Virus record (IMG/VR): IMGVR_UViG_3300029169_000024
Location: 1-28,824 of that record
DNA length: 28,824 bases
Direction: 5' to 3' (one strand)
From: a virus
Taxonomy: Duplodnaviria; Caudoviricetes
How positions within the stretch are numbered: the first letter of the stretch is position 1; each line of letters opens with the position of its first letter. The position numbers were made by a program, and so were the translations under genes. Positions 9,116 through 18,364 of the stretch are shown here, in pieces. The notes beneath the pieces are model-generated. The model saw only the letters and a program-made list of their open reading frames with translations. It searched no databases and had not been told where the DNA came from.

Positions 9116-9913
9116 TTAAGTCCCCATCTCCCTTTGTACTACATCAGCAACTATCTGTCGAACTTGTGACGTAAAGGATCTGCTATTGACTATATCATCA
9201 ATAAAATTAATAGAATTTCTTCCGGTTGGTATTACTATTTTAGGTATTGTGTATGGAAAATTTTTAGGATTATGTCGAAGTTTCATGGTAGCAAGTCCTG
9301 ATCTACTAAAACTTCTGCCAACTAAATCTCCATCTTTATTCTGTATTGTAAAATCTCCTTTAACCAATTCGTATTTACGCCCGTCTTCGGCAGTCGTATT
9401 TACATCAGGAAAATAGCTATCTATTAATCGAGGCCTAGGATTAACTACTATTCTCATCCATCTAATCCTTCTTTGTTTAGAGTTCTTTCCAGTTCCAGTT
9501 GATATATATTCAAATGGCTCTTGATCAATATCTAATTTCTCTAATAAATCAAATGACTCTAGTCCTACTATAGAAATTTCAACCTTTGACGTTGTTCCTA
9601 TTTTTTTTTCAATAATGCTTGCTGTAGGAACTTGAGATATTTTTTCAACAATGAGCTTGGATGCACTAGCAGCCATGTCATCAGTTAATCCAAATTCGGC
9701 CTGTAATGAATTTGAACCACCCAACCCTCTTATCGATCTGATAATAGGATGTTTTTTAAGGTGGTTTTTTAACACCGTCCTAATTCGTCTTTTAATACTA
9801 TTTCTCATTCTGTCTTTTCGTCTTCTAGATTCTTTTAATAATATATCAGACAAAGCTGACTCTAGGCCAGCATTATCAAATCTAGCAGTAACCTTACCTA
9901 TTATTTCAGCCAT
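9116..9913 (-). CDS. Putative neck / tail completion protein (HK97 gp10-like position)
   Basis: 265 aa basic protein between the stopper-like and terminator-like genes. Assignment by synteny. Confidence 0.45.
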   Translation of the reverse strand: MAEIIGKVTARFDNAGLESALSDILLKESRRRKDRMRNSIKRRIRTVLKNHLKKHPIIRSIRGLGGSNSLQAEFGLTDDMAASASKLIVEKISQVPTASIIEKKIGTTSKVEISIVGLESFDLLEKLDIDQEPFEYISTGTGKNSKQRRIRWMRIVVNPRPRLIDSYFPDVNTTAEDGRKYELVKGDFTIQNKDGDLVGRSFSRSGLATMKLRHNPKNFPYTIPKIVIPTGRNSINFIDDIVNSRSFTSQVRQIVADVVQREMGT

Positions 9914-10379
9914 TATGTATTTGCTTCCAGTAAGAGACTATGTATCGATCTTCTTTCAATCCTCTAGGATTAATTTGTTTTAATAACCTATATTTTACTT
10001 CTACATGATTGGACGAATCAATATTGGGTATCATATGATCACATCTTAATATTTTATTGGCATTGGTTAAATAAGTTTTTAATTTAATAATTGATCTAGG
10101 TTCATCTGCTCTTATATTTAATTCTTGACTTACCTTTGGATCCCACTCTACTAAACATCTTATAATTTCCGAATTATTACTTTTTAATGGAGCCGAACTA
10201 GATTCGGTTCTCTGATGATCCGGACGCATTACACCTCTAGGTCTAGAAGAATCAATAAATCTATCGTTAACATTTGTTATTGTTGAATCATAAATAAATT
10301 TACAATCTTTTCCTAAATTATCTATTAGTTCATCAATTTTATTTTGATATATATCTTTTAATTTATTGTAATCAACCAT
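9906..10379 (-). CDS. Putative head closure (stopper) protein
   Basis: 157 aa. C-terminal beta pattern (VKYRLLKQINPRGLKEDRYIVSYWK) typical of SPP1 gp16-like stoppers. Follows the adaptor gene with a TAATG overlap. Confidence 0.55.
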   Translation of the reverse strand: MVDYNKLKDIYQNKIDELIDNLGKDCKFIYDSTITNVNDRFIDSSRPRGVMRPDHQRTESSSAPLKSNNSEIIRCLVEWDPKVSQELNIRADEPRSIIKLKTYLTNANKILRCDHMIPNIDSSNHVEVKYRLLKQINPRGLKEDRYIVSYWKQIHNG

Positions 10380-10912
10380 TAAAATAGTCCCATAAATTCA
10401 TCAAAGAAAGATCGTCCTAATCCATTTGATGATCTATTAATATTGTCAACATGAGTTGAAGGAGTTACTATGGCCTTCCCTAGTCCCATAGATTTATCGG
10501 CTTCAATCTTTTTTAACATTTCCGTATATGCTGCACACGTCCCCATTTTTATTATATCTAAATATCCTCTAAAAGCTTCTTTAGTATCAATTATACTATT
10601 CTCATCTCTAACAATTATTCCTACACAATCGGCATTATCTTGATATCTATTCATATCTAACATACATGCAGCTTTTAAAGTAATAAGAGCAATCGCTTGA
10701 TTATCTAATATATTGGCATCCAAAGGATCAGGAGTTATATTGGGAGTAGTTAAGTCGAAAACATAGTCATTAGCAAATTCAAATACTTGACTAGTTAACA
10801 AACCAGCTATTGTAATAGACGTTTCAATACGACTATCTGCATATCTTTCAGTTGATCCCAAATCGCTTATTAAGTGTCTTACCATTAATGTAAGAGATGT
10901 ATTTATTGACAT
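10379..10912 (-). CDS. Putative head-tail adaptor (connector) protein
   Basis: 177 aa helical protein starting MVRHLISDLGSTERYADSRI (VRxLIxD...Y.D..I, typical of gp15/gp6-like adaptors). First gene of the neck block. Confidence 0.6.
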   Translation of the reverse strand: MSINTSLTLMVRHLISDLGSTERYADSRIETSITIAGLLTSQVFEFANDYVFDLTTPNITPDPLDANILDNQAIALITLKAACMLDMNRYQDNADCVGIIVRDENSIIDTKEAFRGYLDIIKMGTCAAYTEMLKKIEADKSMGLGKAIVTPSTHVDNINRSSNGLGRSFFDEFMGLF

Positions 10913-10925
10913 ATTTTATTCCTAT

Positions 10926-12737
10926 TTATTGTCTTAGCCAATCTATAAAGTCTTTAGGGTTTATTGTATTATCATATATGTTGTTGTTGCCAATATATTG
11001 AATCAAAGATTTATCAATAATGTTTTGTTCAATAAAATTATTATTAATAGTAACATTGTCTTTATCTTTATTTTCTTTATTAATCAATGGTTCTTCCGCA
11101 GGCCATCTTTCAATAATATTTTTAGTAACACTAATGTTTCCATTGGATACATTGGGTTTTATTTCAACAGCATACCAATTGGTATCAGCGGTTTTATCTA
11201 TAAAGATATTGTTATTAATATAAACCTCGTCAGCTTGTCTAATTGATACAGAAGTCCCTAGTATTACATCGTTAGGAAGAGGTCCTCCGTGATGTGTAAA
11301 TACATTATTCTCAACACGAACTCTATTGTGCAAAATCGAATCTGGATCTCCATTGTTTGGATCTCCTCCGATTGCAAATCCAGATAGGTTTCCAACAAAG
11401 ACATTTTCTTTTACTTCAATATCAGTAGAAAAACCTGGCTTGTCACATCTAATTTTTATTCCAAGGTTGGATCCACGAGAAATTACATTATTTTCAATAG
11501 ATACATTTCTACACCAAGTAATATACATATTATGATTAAATCCAGTACGTTCAGCTCCATCTACTTGTTCATTCCATCCATTGTGATCAAAAATACAGTC
11601 TTTAATGATTAGATTTTTTATTAATTTAGCATAGATTCCTTGACTATGTCCGTTGTTTTTAGGAGAATATGCATTTCGCAAGTCACACTTATTAACCTCT
11701 ATATCTATAATATCGTCTCCAACTCTTTCTCCTAGTCCAACATTGTATGCATAAAATTCTAAAGTTATATTTTCAAACTTTATATCTTCTCCTGCTGCAC
11801 TCCATCTGATTCCAAATTCTCTGGATTGTCCTCCATCAAAGTCGGAAGAATCAGGATCTCGATTGTTGGCATATCCATGCAGATCACGAAACCTAATATG
11901 TCTAATAGGGTCATCTCCATATGAACGAACAAGTCCGGTATCTTCTGCATTAGTTAAAAATTTTGGAAGAGGTAACGACAAATCTCCATAAGAACCAATT
12001 GTCGTCGGATTGTTTTTGGATATTCCAGAAATTTTCCATCTTCCTAATCCTGTATTAAATACAGCACCCCTTTGAAACAAGATCGTTCCTCCTGGTTTTA
12101 GTTCAGATATTTTTGCACGAACATCGTCTCCATGTTTAACTAAAATAGCATCAGATGAAGGAGGGTCAATATCTGGAATTATAATTACTTCTGATTCTTT
12201 AATTAAAATTTCATGATCTATTTGTTTATAACTTTGTGAATCCTTTCTGTTCAATAGTTGTAAAACAATTCTACCCAAAGGAAGGGTGTCTAATTTTGTA
12301 TTTAAAATTAAAAGATCGCTACCTTTTGATATAGTATGTGTAAATTCTTGCACAACCGAACTATTGTCAATAGACCACGCCATAACTAGAACGTCGTGCC
12401 TATCTTTTAGCTCTAGATCTCTTTTTAATTCAATATTTTTATTAGAGCCGATAGAATATTCTATTGCAACATCATTACTAAAAGATGTTATAGGATTTAT
12501 TTCTTCTGGTACATCTGGAATGTCTGGAACATCTGGATCAGAACTATCTTCATTATTTTTTTCAACCAAGTTTTGATATTCTCGTGCAGATACAAGAGTT
12601 TGTGCAATTTTTAATTTTAACAGCCAGGCTTTCCAATTTTCTGTGTCATTATCTGCAAAAGCTTCTGCTCTATGATCATCATAGGCATCTCTTAATTTTC
12701 TTTCTAATTCTTCTATTTCATTTTTAGTCAATGACAT
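10926..12737 (-). CDS. Right-handed parallel beta-helix (pectin-lyase-like) protein, putative depolymerase
   Basis: 603 aa: N-terminal helical segment, PDVPDIPDVP linker, beta-sandwich, PDIDPP linker, then LKPGGTILFQRG and repeated I-x-N-N-x-I/F strands (NVSIENNVI, IEVKENVF, VRVENNVF, VYINNNIF) with GHSQGIY, FDHNGWN, FNHNMYI. Confidence 0.8.
   Translation of the reverse strand: MSLTKNEIEELERKLRDAYDDHRAEAFADNDTENWKAWLLKLKIAQTLVSAREYQNLVEKNNEDSSDPDVPDIPDVPEEINPITSFSNDVAIEYSIGSNKNIELKRDLELKDRHDVLVMAWSIDNSSVVQEFTHTISKGSDLLILNTKLDTLPLGRIVLQLLNRKDSQSYKQIDHEILIKESEVIIIPDIDPPSSDAILVKHGDDVRAKISELKPGGTILFQRGAVFNTGLGRWKISGISKNNPTTIGSYGDLSLPLPKFLTNAEDTGLVRSYGDDPIRHIRFRDLHGYANNRDPDSSDFDGGQSREFGIRWSAAGEDIKFENITLEFYAYNVGLGERVGDDIIDIEVNKCDLRNAYSPKNNGHSQGIYAKLIKNLIIKDCIFDHNGWNEQVDGAERTGFNHNMYITWCRNVSIENNVISRGSNLGIKIRCDKPGFSTDIEVKENVFVGNLSGFAIGGDPNNGDPDSILHNRVRVENNVFTHHGGPLPNDVILGTSVSIRQADEVYINNNIFIDKTADTNWYAVEIKPNVSNGNISVTKNIIERWPAEEPLINKENKDKDNVTINNNFIEQNIIDKSLIQYIGNNNIYDNTINPKDFIDWLRQ
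12511..12537. repeat. 3 x 9-bp tandem repeat encoding Pro-Asp-Val/Ile linker
   Basis: acatctgga-atgtctgga-acatctgga on the + strand, inside the beta-helix gene (PDVPDIPDV). Confidence 0.7.
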
Positions 12738-12747
12738 ATCGCATTCC

Positions 12748-13614
12748 TTATTTTAACTTACCAAAACGATTTATATAAATATTTAATGTTTCAACTGCTT
12801 GAGGATCAGAAAAAGTGTCTCCTGAATTAGACCAAATACCAATTTTTTTAATATTTAAATTTTGAAAAATATCACACAATATTGTTGCTTGCTCTGGACT
12901 AGCAGGAATTACATTACTTTTATTTCCATGGTCTTGTGTCATATGCCAAACCCATGGAATAAATGGCTTTCCACTATCTTCAGCCATTTTCATCAATTGA
13001 GGAATCCAATCTTCAAATAGATGCCATCTCTCTGGAGTGTCAGGCCATTTAGTTGGACCATTTAGAGATTCATAACATACAGGAGCTAGTGTATGAGTAA
13101 CATCTTCTATTCCAATTTTATTGGTTGGACCACGATTTATTTGCTGTAACATTGATGTATAATTTGCCCTCATTATTTTTATATTTTCAATTTTCTTTAT
13201 TGAACGATTGATTCCTTCTTTAATTCTCTTCTCGTGTGTAAAGATATATGGATTACTATATGGCATCCCCCACATAATTCGCTGTATATGCCAGTACTTT
13301 GGATGTTCTTCAAGCTTTGTAAAAAAGTAAACCACAGCATTACGCCATGCAATTGCACCTTTTACTGTACCTCCATGCATCTCTATATCACAAACAATGG
13401 GTTTGTTATTTTGTTCTGCATCATCTAGTGCATTTAATAATCTTCTACGAGGATCAAATCCTTCAATAAAAGCATTGTCTATCTCTTTATTTGATGGAGT
13501 CTCATTTTCTCTATTGTGTGCTTGAAATTCATTAGGAAATATCATACGAACCATGCGAATATCTGCATTAGAATATAAAGCTGCAAGGTTATGATTGTGT
13601 GTCAAAATAGGCAT
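12748..13614 (-). CDS. Putative TIM-barrel glycoside hydrolase (GH56/hyaluronidase-like motifs)
   Basis: Start moved to ATG 13614 (AGGAG SD; removes the overlap with the upstream gene), 288 aa. Ordered motifs IVCDIE (DxE), LAPVCY, KPFIPW, IGIWS parallel the GH56 IDWE / LYPSIY / PVxxY / GIVIWG series. Confidence 0.5.
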   Translation of the reverse strand: MPILTHNHNLAALYSNADIRMVRMIFPNEFQAHNRENETPSNKEIDNAFIEGFDPRRRLLNALDDAEQNNKPIVCDIEMHGGTVKGAIAWRNAVVYFFTKLEEHPKYWHIQRIMWGMPYSNPYIFTHEKRIKEGINRSIKKIENIKIMRANYTSMLQQINRGPTNKIGIEDVTHTLAPVCYESLNGPTKWPDTPERWHLFEDWIPQLMKMAEDSGKPFIPWVWHMTQDHGNKSNVIPASPEQATILCDIFQNLNIKKIGIWSNSGDTFSDPQAVETLNIYINRFGKLK

Positions 13615-13654
13615 ATTTACAAAACTCCTAAATAATTTATAATTACATTTTATA

Positions 13655-15166
13655 TTAAAAAAGTATGCCAGTAGGAATATATAATCTAACATCTATAGCA
13701 AAATGAATTAGCTCTGCTAGTTTAACATTTCCTGCATTAGAAAGATGAATACCATCTCCAGAATCATAAATAGCAGGAAGAGTGTCTTCAGTTGTATCTC
13801 TCATTGCTGATTCAGTTTCAATAATTCTAATTCCGTTAGATGAACACCACGTTCTAGTCCACCCTCTCATGTCTTGTGCTTTTGTTTTTTGTCCAGAATC
13901 TCTACCTTCCAAAGGAGTTCCAGTAGTTAAAATAAGCACAGCTCCTATTGAGTCTGTATGAACTTTTAGGTCATCTAAGTATCCTGAATATGTAACTTCA
14001 TTCCATGATTTTTTACAATCATTTGCTAAAGTGTTAAAAACTACAATATCTGGCCTTGCTACTAAAAGAACTTCAGTTTCTTCACTATCTCCTCCAGTAG
14101 TAATTCTAAATATAGATTCTCCAACCCAGTCTTCTATATCTTTACCTGAAACTCCTAAAGAAATCACGTCCTGTCCAACTAATAAACCAATATCATTAGC
14201 CAAAGTCCAAGAGTAGTTGTCAGAATTAGGCCATGATTGTAAGCCTCCATAAATAAGGGATGCAGGATTGCTTCCAGCCATTATAGAGTCTCCTACTAAT
14301 GCAATTCTAGCAGAAGAGGACATTATAGGAACTATATTTAAAATAGAAGATTCATGCACTTCATCAAACGATGATGAAAAATTAAACGGCCCGTCACCTG
14401 ATAAATCAGACGAAGATCTTATTAATCTCACACCATGGTCTGGCTGAGTCCTTCCGATTGACCAAGTGTATCCACTCGAATTTGCTGCAAACGCAGAATT
14501 AACAGTTAATGAAATTTCACTATCAACAGAAGTTATTTCATGATATCCATAAACAGAATTATCTCCACCACTATAAATTATAAGCCACATGTTTGATGTG
14601 ACACCATCTGAAATAAAAGTTGAAGAGGCATCAGAAAAAATAGAAGAAGATGTAACACCAGATGTGCCACTTGATTTCTCTCCTATCATAGCAATAGATA
14701 GCTGAGAAATATTTATGTCAGAATCGTTAGTTTCCTGAAGATACATTCCTGTTTGATCTCCTCTATTAACAGATACAGCAGATGAAAATAATAAGTCAAG
14801 ATAATTATTATCAGGTTCCCATCTAGAAGCTACTATTTGTTCTGATCGTCCTCTTACATTTTTAGAATTTATATTATCATCACCCTTTAGCCAAATAAAA
14901 CGTATGTCTCTTAGTGTTTCAGAAGTTACATCATAAGGAGAATATATTCTAACTCCAATAACACTGCCATCATAAGGAATTCGAAACTTATCTCCTAATT
15001 GTAAATATAGCCTATCTCTATTATCATCAACTCTAATAACAGAAATATGATCAATAATAGATCTAGCTAAATGGGCAGGCATTGTTGGTATGCCAGAAAT
15101 TCCATTAAGTTCACTATCCAAGGGTACTGAATTTCCATATATGGAAATAAGAACTGCTTCGCTCAT
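13655..15166 (-). CDS. SGNH/GDSL hydrolase (putative carbohydrate esterase) with N-terminal beta domains
   Basis: 503 aa. Block I ALVGDSI, block II LGVSG, block III LAND, block V DGIHLS (DxxH). GAGGT SD. Confidence 0.85.
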   Translation of the reverse strand: MSEAVLISIYGNSVPLDSELNGISGIPTMPAHLARSIIDHISVIRVDDNRDRLYLQLGDKFRIPYDGSVIGVRIYSPYDVTSETLRDIRFIWLKGDDNINSKNVRGRSEQIVASRWEPDNNYLDLLFSSAVSVNRGDQTGMYLQETNDSDINISQLSIAMIGEKSSGTSGVTSSSIFSDASSTFISDGVTSNMWLIIYSGGDNSVYGYHEITSVDSEISLTVNSAFAANSSGYTWSIGRTQPDHGVRLIRSSSDLSGDGPFNFSSSFDEVHESSILNIVPIMSSSARIALVGDSIMAGSNPASLIYGGLQSWPNSDNYSWTLANDIGLLVGQDVISLGVSGKDIEDWVGESIFRITTGGDSEETEVLLVARPDIVVFNTLANDCKKSWNEVTYSGYLDDLKVHTDSIGAVLILTTGTPLEGRDSGQKTKAQDMRGWTRTWCSSNGIRIIETESAMRDTTEDTLPAIYDSGDGIHLSNAGNVKLAELIHFAIDVRLYIPTGILF

Positions 15167-15179
15167 AAAAAAACCTCAC

Positions 15180-15959
15180 TTAATTAAATATTCTTCCAGA
15201 ACCATAAACTACAGAACCTATTCTCCACAGAGTAACAATAAGAATATCGCTACTAGCTGCTGGTGTAACTGGAGGTATTCCTCCGTCCCACTTATCTACA
15301 TCAGACCATGTTATAGTTCTCTGTGCTGAGCCATCATAAGATAAAACAAGCATTATGGCTAACCCATCAGATTCATTGCTGTGTGTAATGGTAGTATCTT
15401 GATCTAATATGCCTGTATGTCTTGATCCTAAAATCCAATTTATCGTTCTGGACGCTCCTAGGTTTCCTATATCAGCAACATCTGATGATTGTATCGTTGC
15501 ATTTAATTTTATTATTCCTGTTCCATTAGGGTCTAAAACTATATCTCCATTTGAATTAGATATTATATCATTTCCATTAACATCTAAATCTCCTCCGAGT
15601 TGCGGAGTAGTATCTTCAACAATATCGGACATCCCTCCTCCAGAAGAAAGATTGGACCAAACAGCACTTCCTGCTGAAGAGTCTAAGCAAACATAGTACA
15701 CATTATTGTGATTATCATGCCATTTAGACCATTGACTAAATGACTGGCCTAGTGCTGCCGTATCATTTTCATCATTATTAACACTTGGTGCAGTTCCAGA
15801 AACTGAGTAAACACTTCCGGTTCTTTTTGACAATTCAATAAAGTTTTCTTGTATAGACTGTCCGCCTATTCCTTCTAAAATAGATAAAGGTACAGACTCT
15901 CCAGGGTTTGCCAATACTTTTATTCCACTTAAATTTAATATATCAAAATATGAACTCAT
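15180..15959 (-). CDS. Putative virion fibre / adaptor protein
   Basis: 259 aa with modules familiar from phage fibres: APSVNND...SKW...YVCLDSSAGSAVW, DTTPQLGGDLDVNG, and C-terminal RTITWSDVDKWDGGIPPVT...DILIVTL. Confidence 0.65.
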   Translation of the reverse strand: MSSYFDILNLSGIKVLANPGESVPLSILEGIGGQSIQENFIELSKRTGSVYSVSGTAPSVNNDENDTAALGQSFSQWSKWHDNHNNVYYVCLDSSAGSAVWSNLSSGGGMSDIVEDTTPQLGGDLDVNGNDIISNSNGDIVLDPNGTGIIKLNATIQSSDVADIGNLGASRTINWILGSRHTGILDQDTTITHSNESDGLAIMLVLSYDGSAQRTITWSDVDKWDGGIPPVTPAASSDILIVTLWRIGSVVYGSGRIFN

Positions 15960-15999
15960 ATAATACTTTCTTATTTAATAAAACCGTCGCTCATTATAT

Positions 16000-16018
16000 T
16001 ATACAAGTTTATTGTATA
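16000..16018. promoter_or_regulatory. TGTATA motif present on both strands as an inverted repeat
   Basis: TATACAA-gttta-TTGTATA. The minus-strand copy (16000-16005) is about 41 nt upstream of ATG 15959. Confidence 0.5.
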
Positions 16019-16047
16019 TACTGATTAAATTAATATTATACTATATA

Positions 16048-16072
16048 TAAAAAGACCTGCATAAGCAGGTCT
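16048..16072 (-). terminator. Rho-independent terminator after major capsid gene
   Basis: Stem AGACCTGC (16053-16060) / GCAGGTCT (16065-16072), 4-nt loop, followed by a T-run on the minus strand. Confidence 0.8.
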
Positions 16073-16106
16073 ATAATTATTAAATAATTTACTAACACCA
16101 AATTTA

Positions 16107-17135
16107 TTACATAGAAGCTAATAGAACTCTTGAGTTGTTAAGAACACCAAAGCCCAATCCAGCCCAAGCATAGAAGCCCATTTTGCGACTACGATGCAAT
16201 GACTCATCAGTGTAAACCTGTAGCTCTTCACGAACTGGCATAACAAACGAATCATTTTTGGAAAGGTCTAAGCCAACGGCAATCTCAACGTCTCCAGAAG
16301 CCATACCTGTTCCTGATGTAACAATAGTATTTTCGTAATAATCTTGATATTCTTGGTTATCGCCAAGTTCATCTAGGTCAATAAGATTGACATTAAATAT
16401 ATTTTGGAAAGTACCATCGTTGGCAACGTACAGTTCTCTACGAGTTACTTCGTCAACTTGGTCAACGCCCCAGTTGCGAATATCTTCAATTGCTTCAGGA
16501 GAAACAGCTAGGTGAGTTAGTCGTCCACGATTTTGTGAAGTACTATTTCCTCCAGCATTTCTACGCATAACAAGCTTCATTAGAGAAACAAGTTTCTTGG
16601 TAAACTGACCAGCAGTTGCATCGGTATCATTAACTAGGATACCTCGGTCGTAACCAGAAGCCAAGATGGTGTGCCAACCATCGTCGTTCATCTTCTTTAC
16701 AAAACCATTTTCTAGAACTTCAAGTGCTCTAGAGACAACGTCCCATCTAGCTTCACGAGCATATCGAAGAAGCATGTCAATGCCAGCACCAATGTCATAA
16801 GTAGGAACACGAACATAGTCGCCTTCAACCTGACGCTGTGGTATCTTGCCTTGATTAGGAATGGTATAAGCAGTAAATTCACCTGCATTATCGGGACGGT
16901 AAAAATCAATTGGATATTCAATAGGTGCAGCAGGATCAAATACCTCTGAGGCAAAGATGTTGCTTATAATATCACCAGTTGTAATACCTTGTCTAAGAGG
17001 AACAGTAAGTGCAGATGCAAATGCTGTTTGAGCCTCCATAGCCTGTGCCTTATCGGCAGAGCCAGTTTTTTTCAACAGATCTGTTAGTGCAGCCTTTTCT
17101 TCTGTTGACATTTCATCATTTAGTATATCGGGCAT
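16107..17135 (-). CDS. Major capsid protein (HK97 fold)
   Basis: 342 aa, AGGAG SD, downstream terminator. Follows portal, protease/scaffold and decoration genes. E-loop-like GKIPQRQVEGDYVRVPTYDI, spine helix (RALEVLENGFVKKMNDDGW), C-terminal GFYAWAGLGFGVLNNSRV. Confidence 0.88.
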   Translation of the reverse strand: MPDILNDEMSTEEKAALTDLLKKTGSADKAQAMEAQTAFASALTVPLRQGITTGDIISNIFASEVFDPAAPIEYPIDFYRPDNAGEFTAYTIPNQGKIPQRQVEGDYVRVPTYDIGAGIDMLLRYAREARWDVVSRALEVLENGFVKKMNDDGWHTILASGYDRGILVNDTDATAGQFTKKLVSLMKLVMRRNAGGNSTSQNRGRLTHLAVSPEAIEDIRNWGVDQVDEVTRRELYVANDGTFQNIFNVNLIDLDELGDNQEYQDYYENTIVTSGTGMASGDVEIAVGLDLSKNDSFVMPVREELQVYTDESLHRSRKMGFYAWAGLGFGVLNNSRVLLASM

Positions 17136-17183
17136 TTTGTTCTCCTGTATATTTTATCCAAATACTTTTATTTTATTTCTATA

Positions 17184-17651
17184 TTAAAGATCGATGTAAA
17201 GCTTAGCAAAGCCAGCCTGATCCTTACTTGTTCTAAATCTACCAACAGTAGGGTTAACTTCTTCGTCGTGACCTGAAGCAGCCTTATTTGTAACTGCACC
17301 ACTAGAAGCTAATACAGCTTCTTCACCTGCGGTACAAGTTCCAAAAGTTTGATCAGTTACAAACCATCCTTTAGTAAAGATAGTAACTTTGTCTCCCTTT
17401 TGTGCTTGGTCTTTATGCCAGTTAACATTGGTACGAGTAAGATCAAGATTTACAACATCCTGACCCAAGATACCTAGTGGCTTAGCACCTGAAGAGTTTG
17501 CAGCAACAGTTGCAATACTTAAAGTATCTTCCATTGCAATACCGCTTGCACCGTGAGATGGTGCACTAACAACAACACCGCGTGATGCTGTTTCATTTAA
17601 AAAATAACCTAGTTCTACTGCGTCTACTTGACGGTCCATTTTTAGTGACAT
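17184..17651 (-). CDS. Putative capsid decoration/cement protein
   Basis: 155 aa Gly/Ala-rich beta protein (KPLGIL...KGDKVTI..KG...VGRF) between scaffold and MCP. AAGGAG SD. Confidence 0.65.
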   Translation of the reverse strand: MSLKMDRQVDAVELGYFLNETASRGVVVSAPSHGASGIAMEDTLSIATVAANSSGAKPLGILGQDVVNLDLTRTNVNWHKDQAQKGDKVTIFTKGWFVTDQTFGTCTAGEEAVLASSGAVTNKAASGHDEEVNPTVGRFRTSKDQAGFAKLYIDL

Positions 17652-17679
17652 TTATAATCTCCTTGATCTTTCTAAAATT

Positions 17680-17685
17680 TATACA
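17680..17685 (-). promoter_or_regulatory. Putative late promoter motif TGTATA
   Basis: TTGTATAAAT about 29 nt upstream of ATG 17651. Contains TATAAAT, similar to the T4 late -10 element TATAAATA. Confidence 0.55.
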
Positions 17686-17707
17686 AACAAAGTTTTAAAT
17701 TACTTAT

Positions 17708-18364
17708 TTATGACGTTCTTTTAGCCTTTGCTCTCAGAACTTTAACCAAACTAGCGGCCACCTTGGTGTCCCCTAGGTCTTCATCTGAATCTCCGCCATC
17801 GACAATTTCATTATCTAAATCAACATTTGCATTGTCTAGGTCATCAACACTTGCATTTGAAGAATCTTCATTATCACTAGTGTCATTGGTTTGATCGGAT
17901 TTACGAATCGACTTTATCCAAGTTAAAGTACTGGCATATACTTCGTCTGACATATTTTTTAAGTCGTCAACTTTATCTTCGCCAACAGTGTAACCAAGAC
18001 CCTCTAGTTCAGAGACTCTATTAGCTAATACTTGGGCAGATTCAAATTCTTGAACCTTGCTTGTTGCTTCGGCTAACTCTTGCTCTTTACTTTCAGCTTC
18101 ACTGGTTTTAGCTTCAACTGTTTCATTAAGTTGAACTATTTCTTGTTCTGCAACACTGACTTTTTGCTTTTCAGCTTCAAGTTCGCTCTTAATAGATTCT
18201 AGTTCAGCTTGAGCTGAATCTTTTTCAGCAGTTACGTCAACCACTGATTGCTCAAGTGTTGACTTTTCATTTTTTACTGATTCTAGATCTGTTGCGATTG
18301 TTTGCTTTTCATCTTCTAGACTCTGTATTTTCTCTAGTGCCTGATCTAAGTTTTCAATTTTCAT
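17708..18364 (-). CDS. Probable nested in-frame scaffolding protein (218 aa)
   Basis: Internal AAAGGT-6 nt-ATG at Met285, exactly where the coiled coil begins. Confidence 0.55.
   Translation of the reverse strand: MKIENLDQALEKIQSLEDEKQTIATDLESVKNEKSTLEQSVVDVTAEKDSAQAELESIKSELEAEKQKVSVAEQEIVQLNETVEAKTSEAESKEQELAEATSKVQEFESAQVLANRVSELEGLGYTVGEDKVDDLKNMSDEVYASTLTWIKSIRKSDQTNDTSDNEDSSNASVDDLDNANVDLDNEIVDGGDSDEDLGDTKVAASLVKVLRAKAKRTS

Noticed and set aside
7122-10912. Contractile tail sheath, contractile injection system or gene-transfer-agent interpretation
   Set aside because: No sheath-sized gene next to the tube gene. A full head module with TerL and portal, a very long TMP and phage-type accessory genes indicate a genuine large siphophage.
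15960-16106. Longest intergenic region as tRNA, ncRNA or CRISPR array
   Set aside because: Very AT-rich and explained by a terminator plus promoter motif. No cloverleaf or repeat-spacer pattern seen here or elsewhere in the window.
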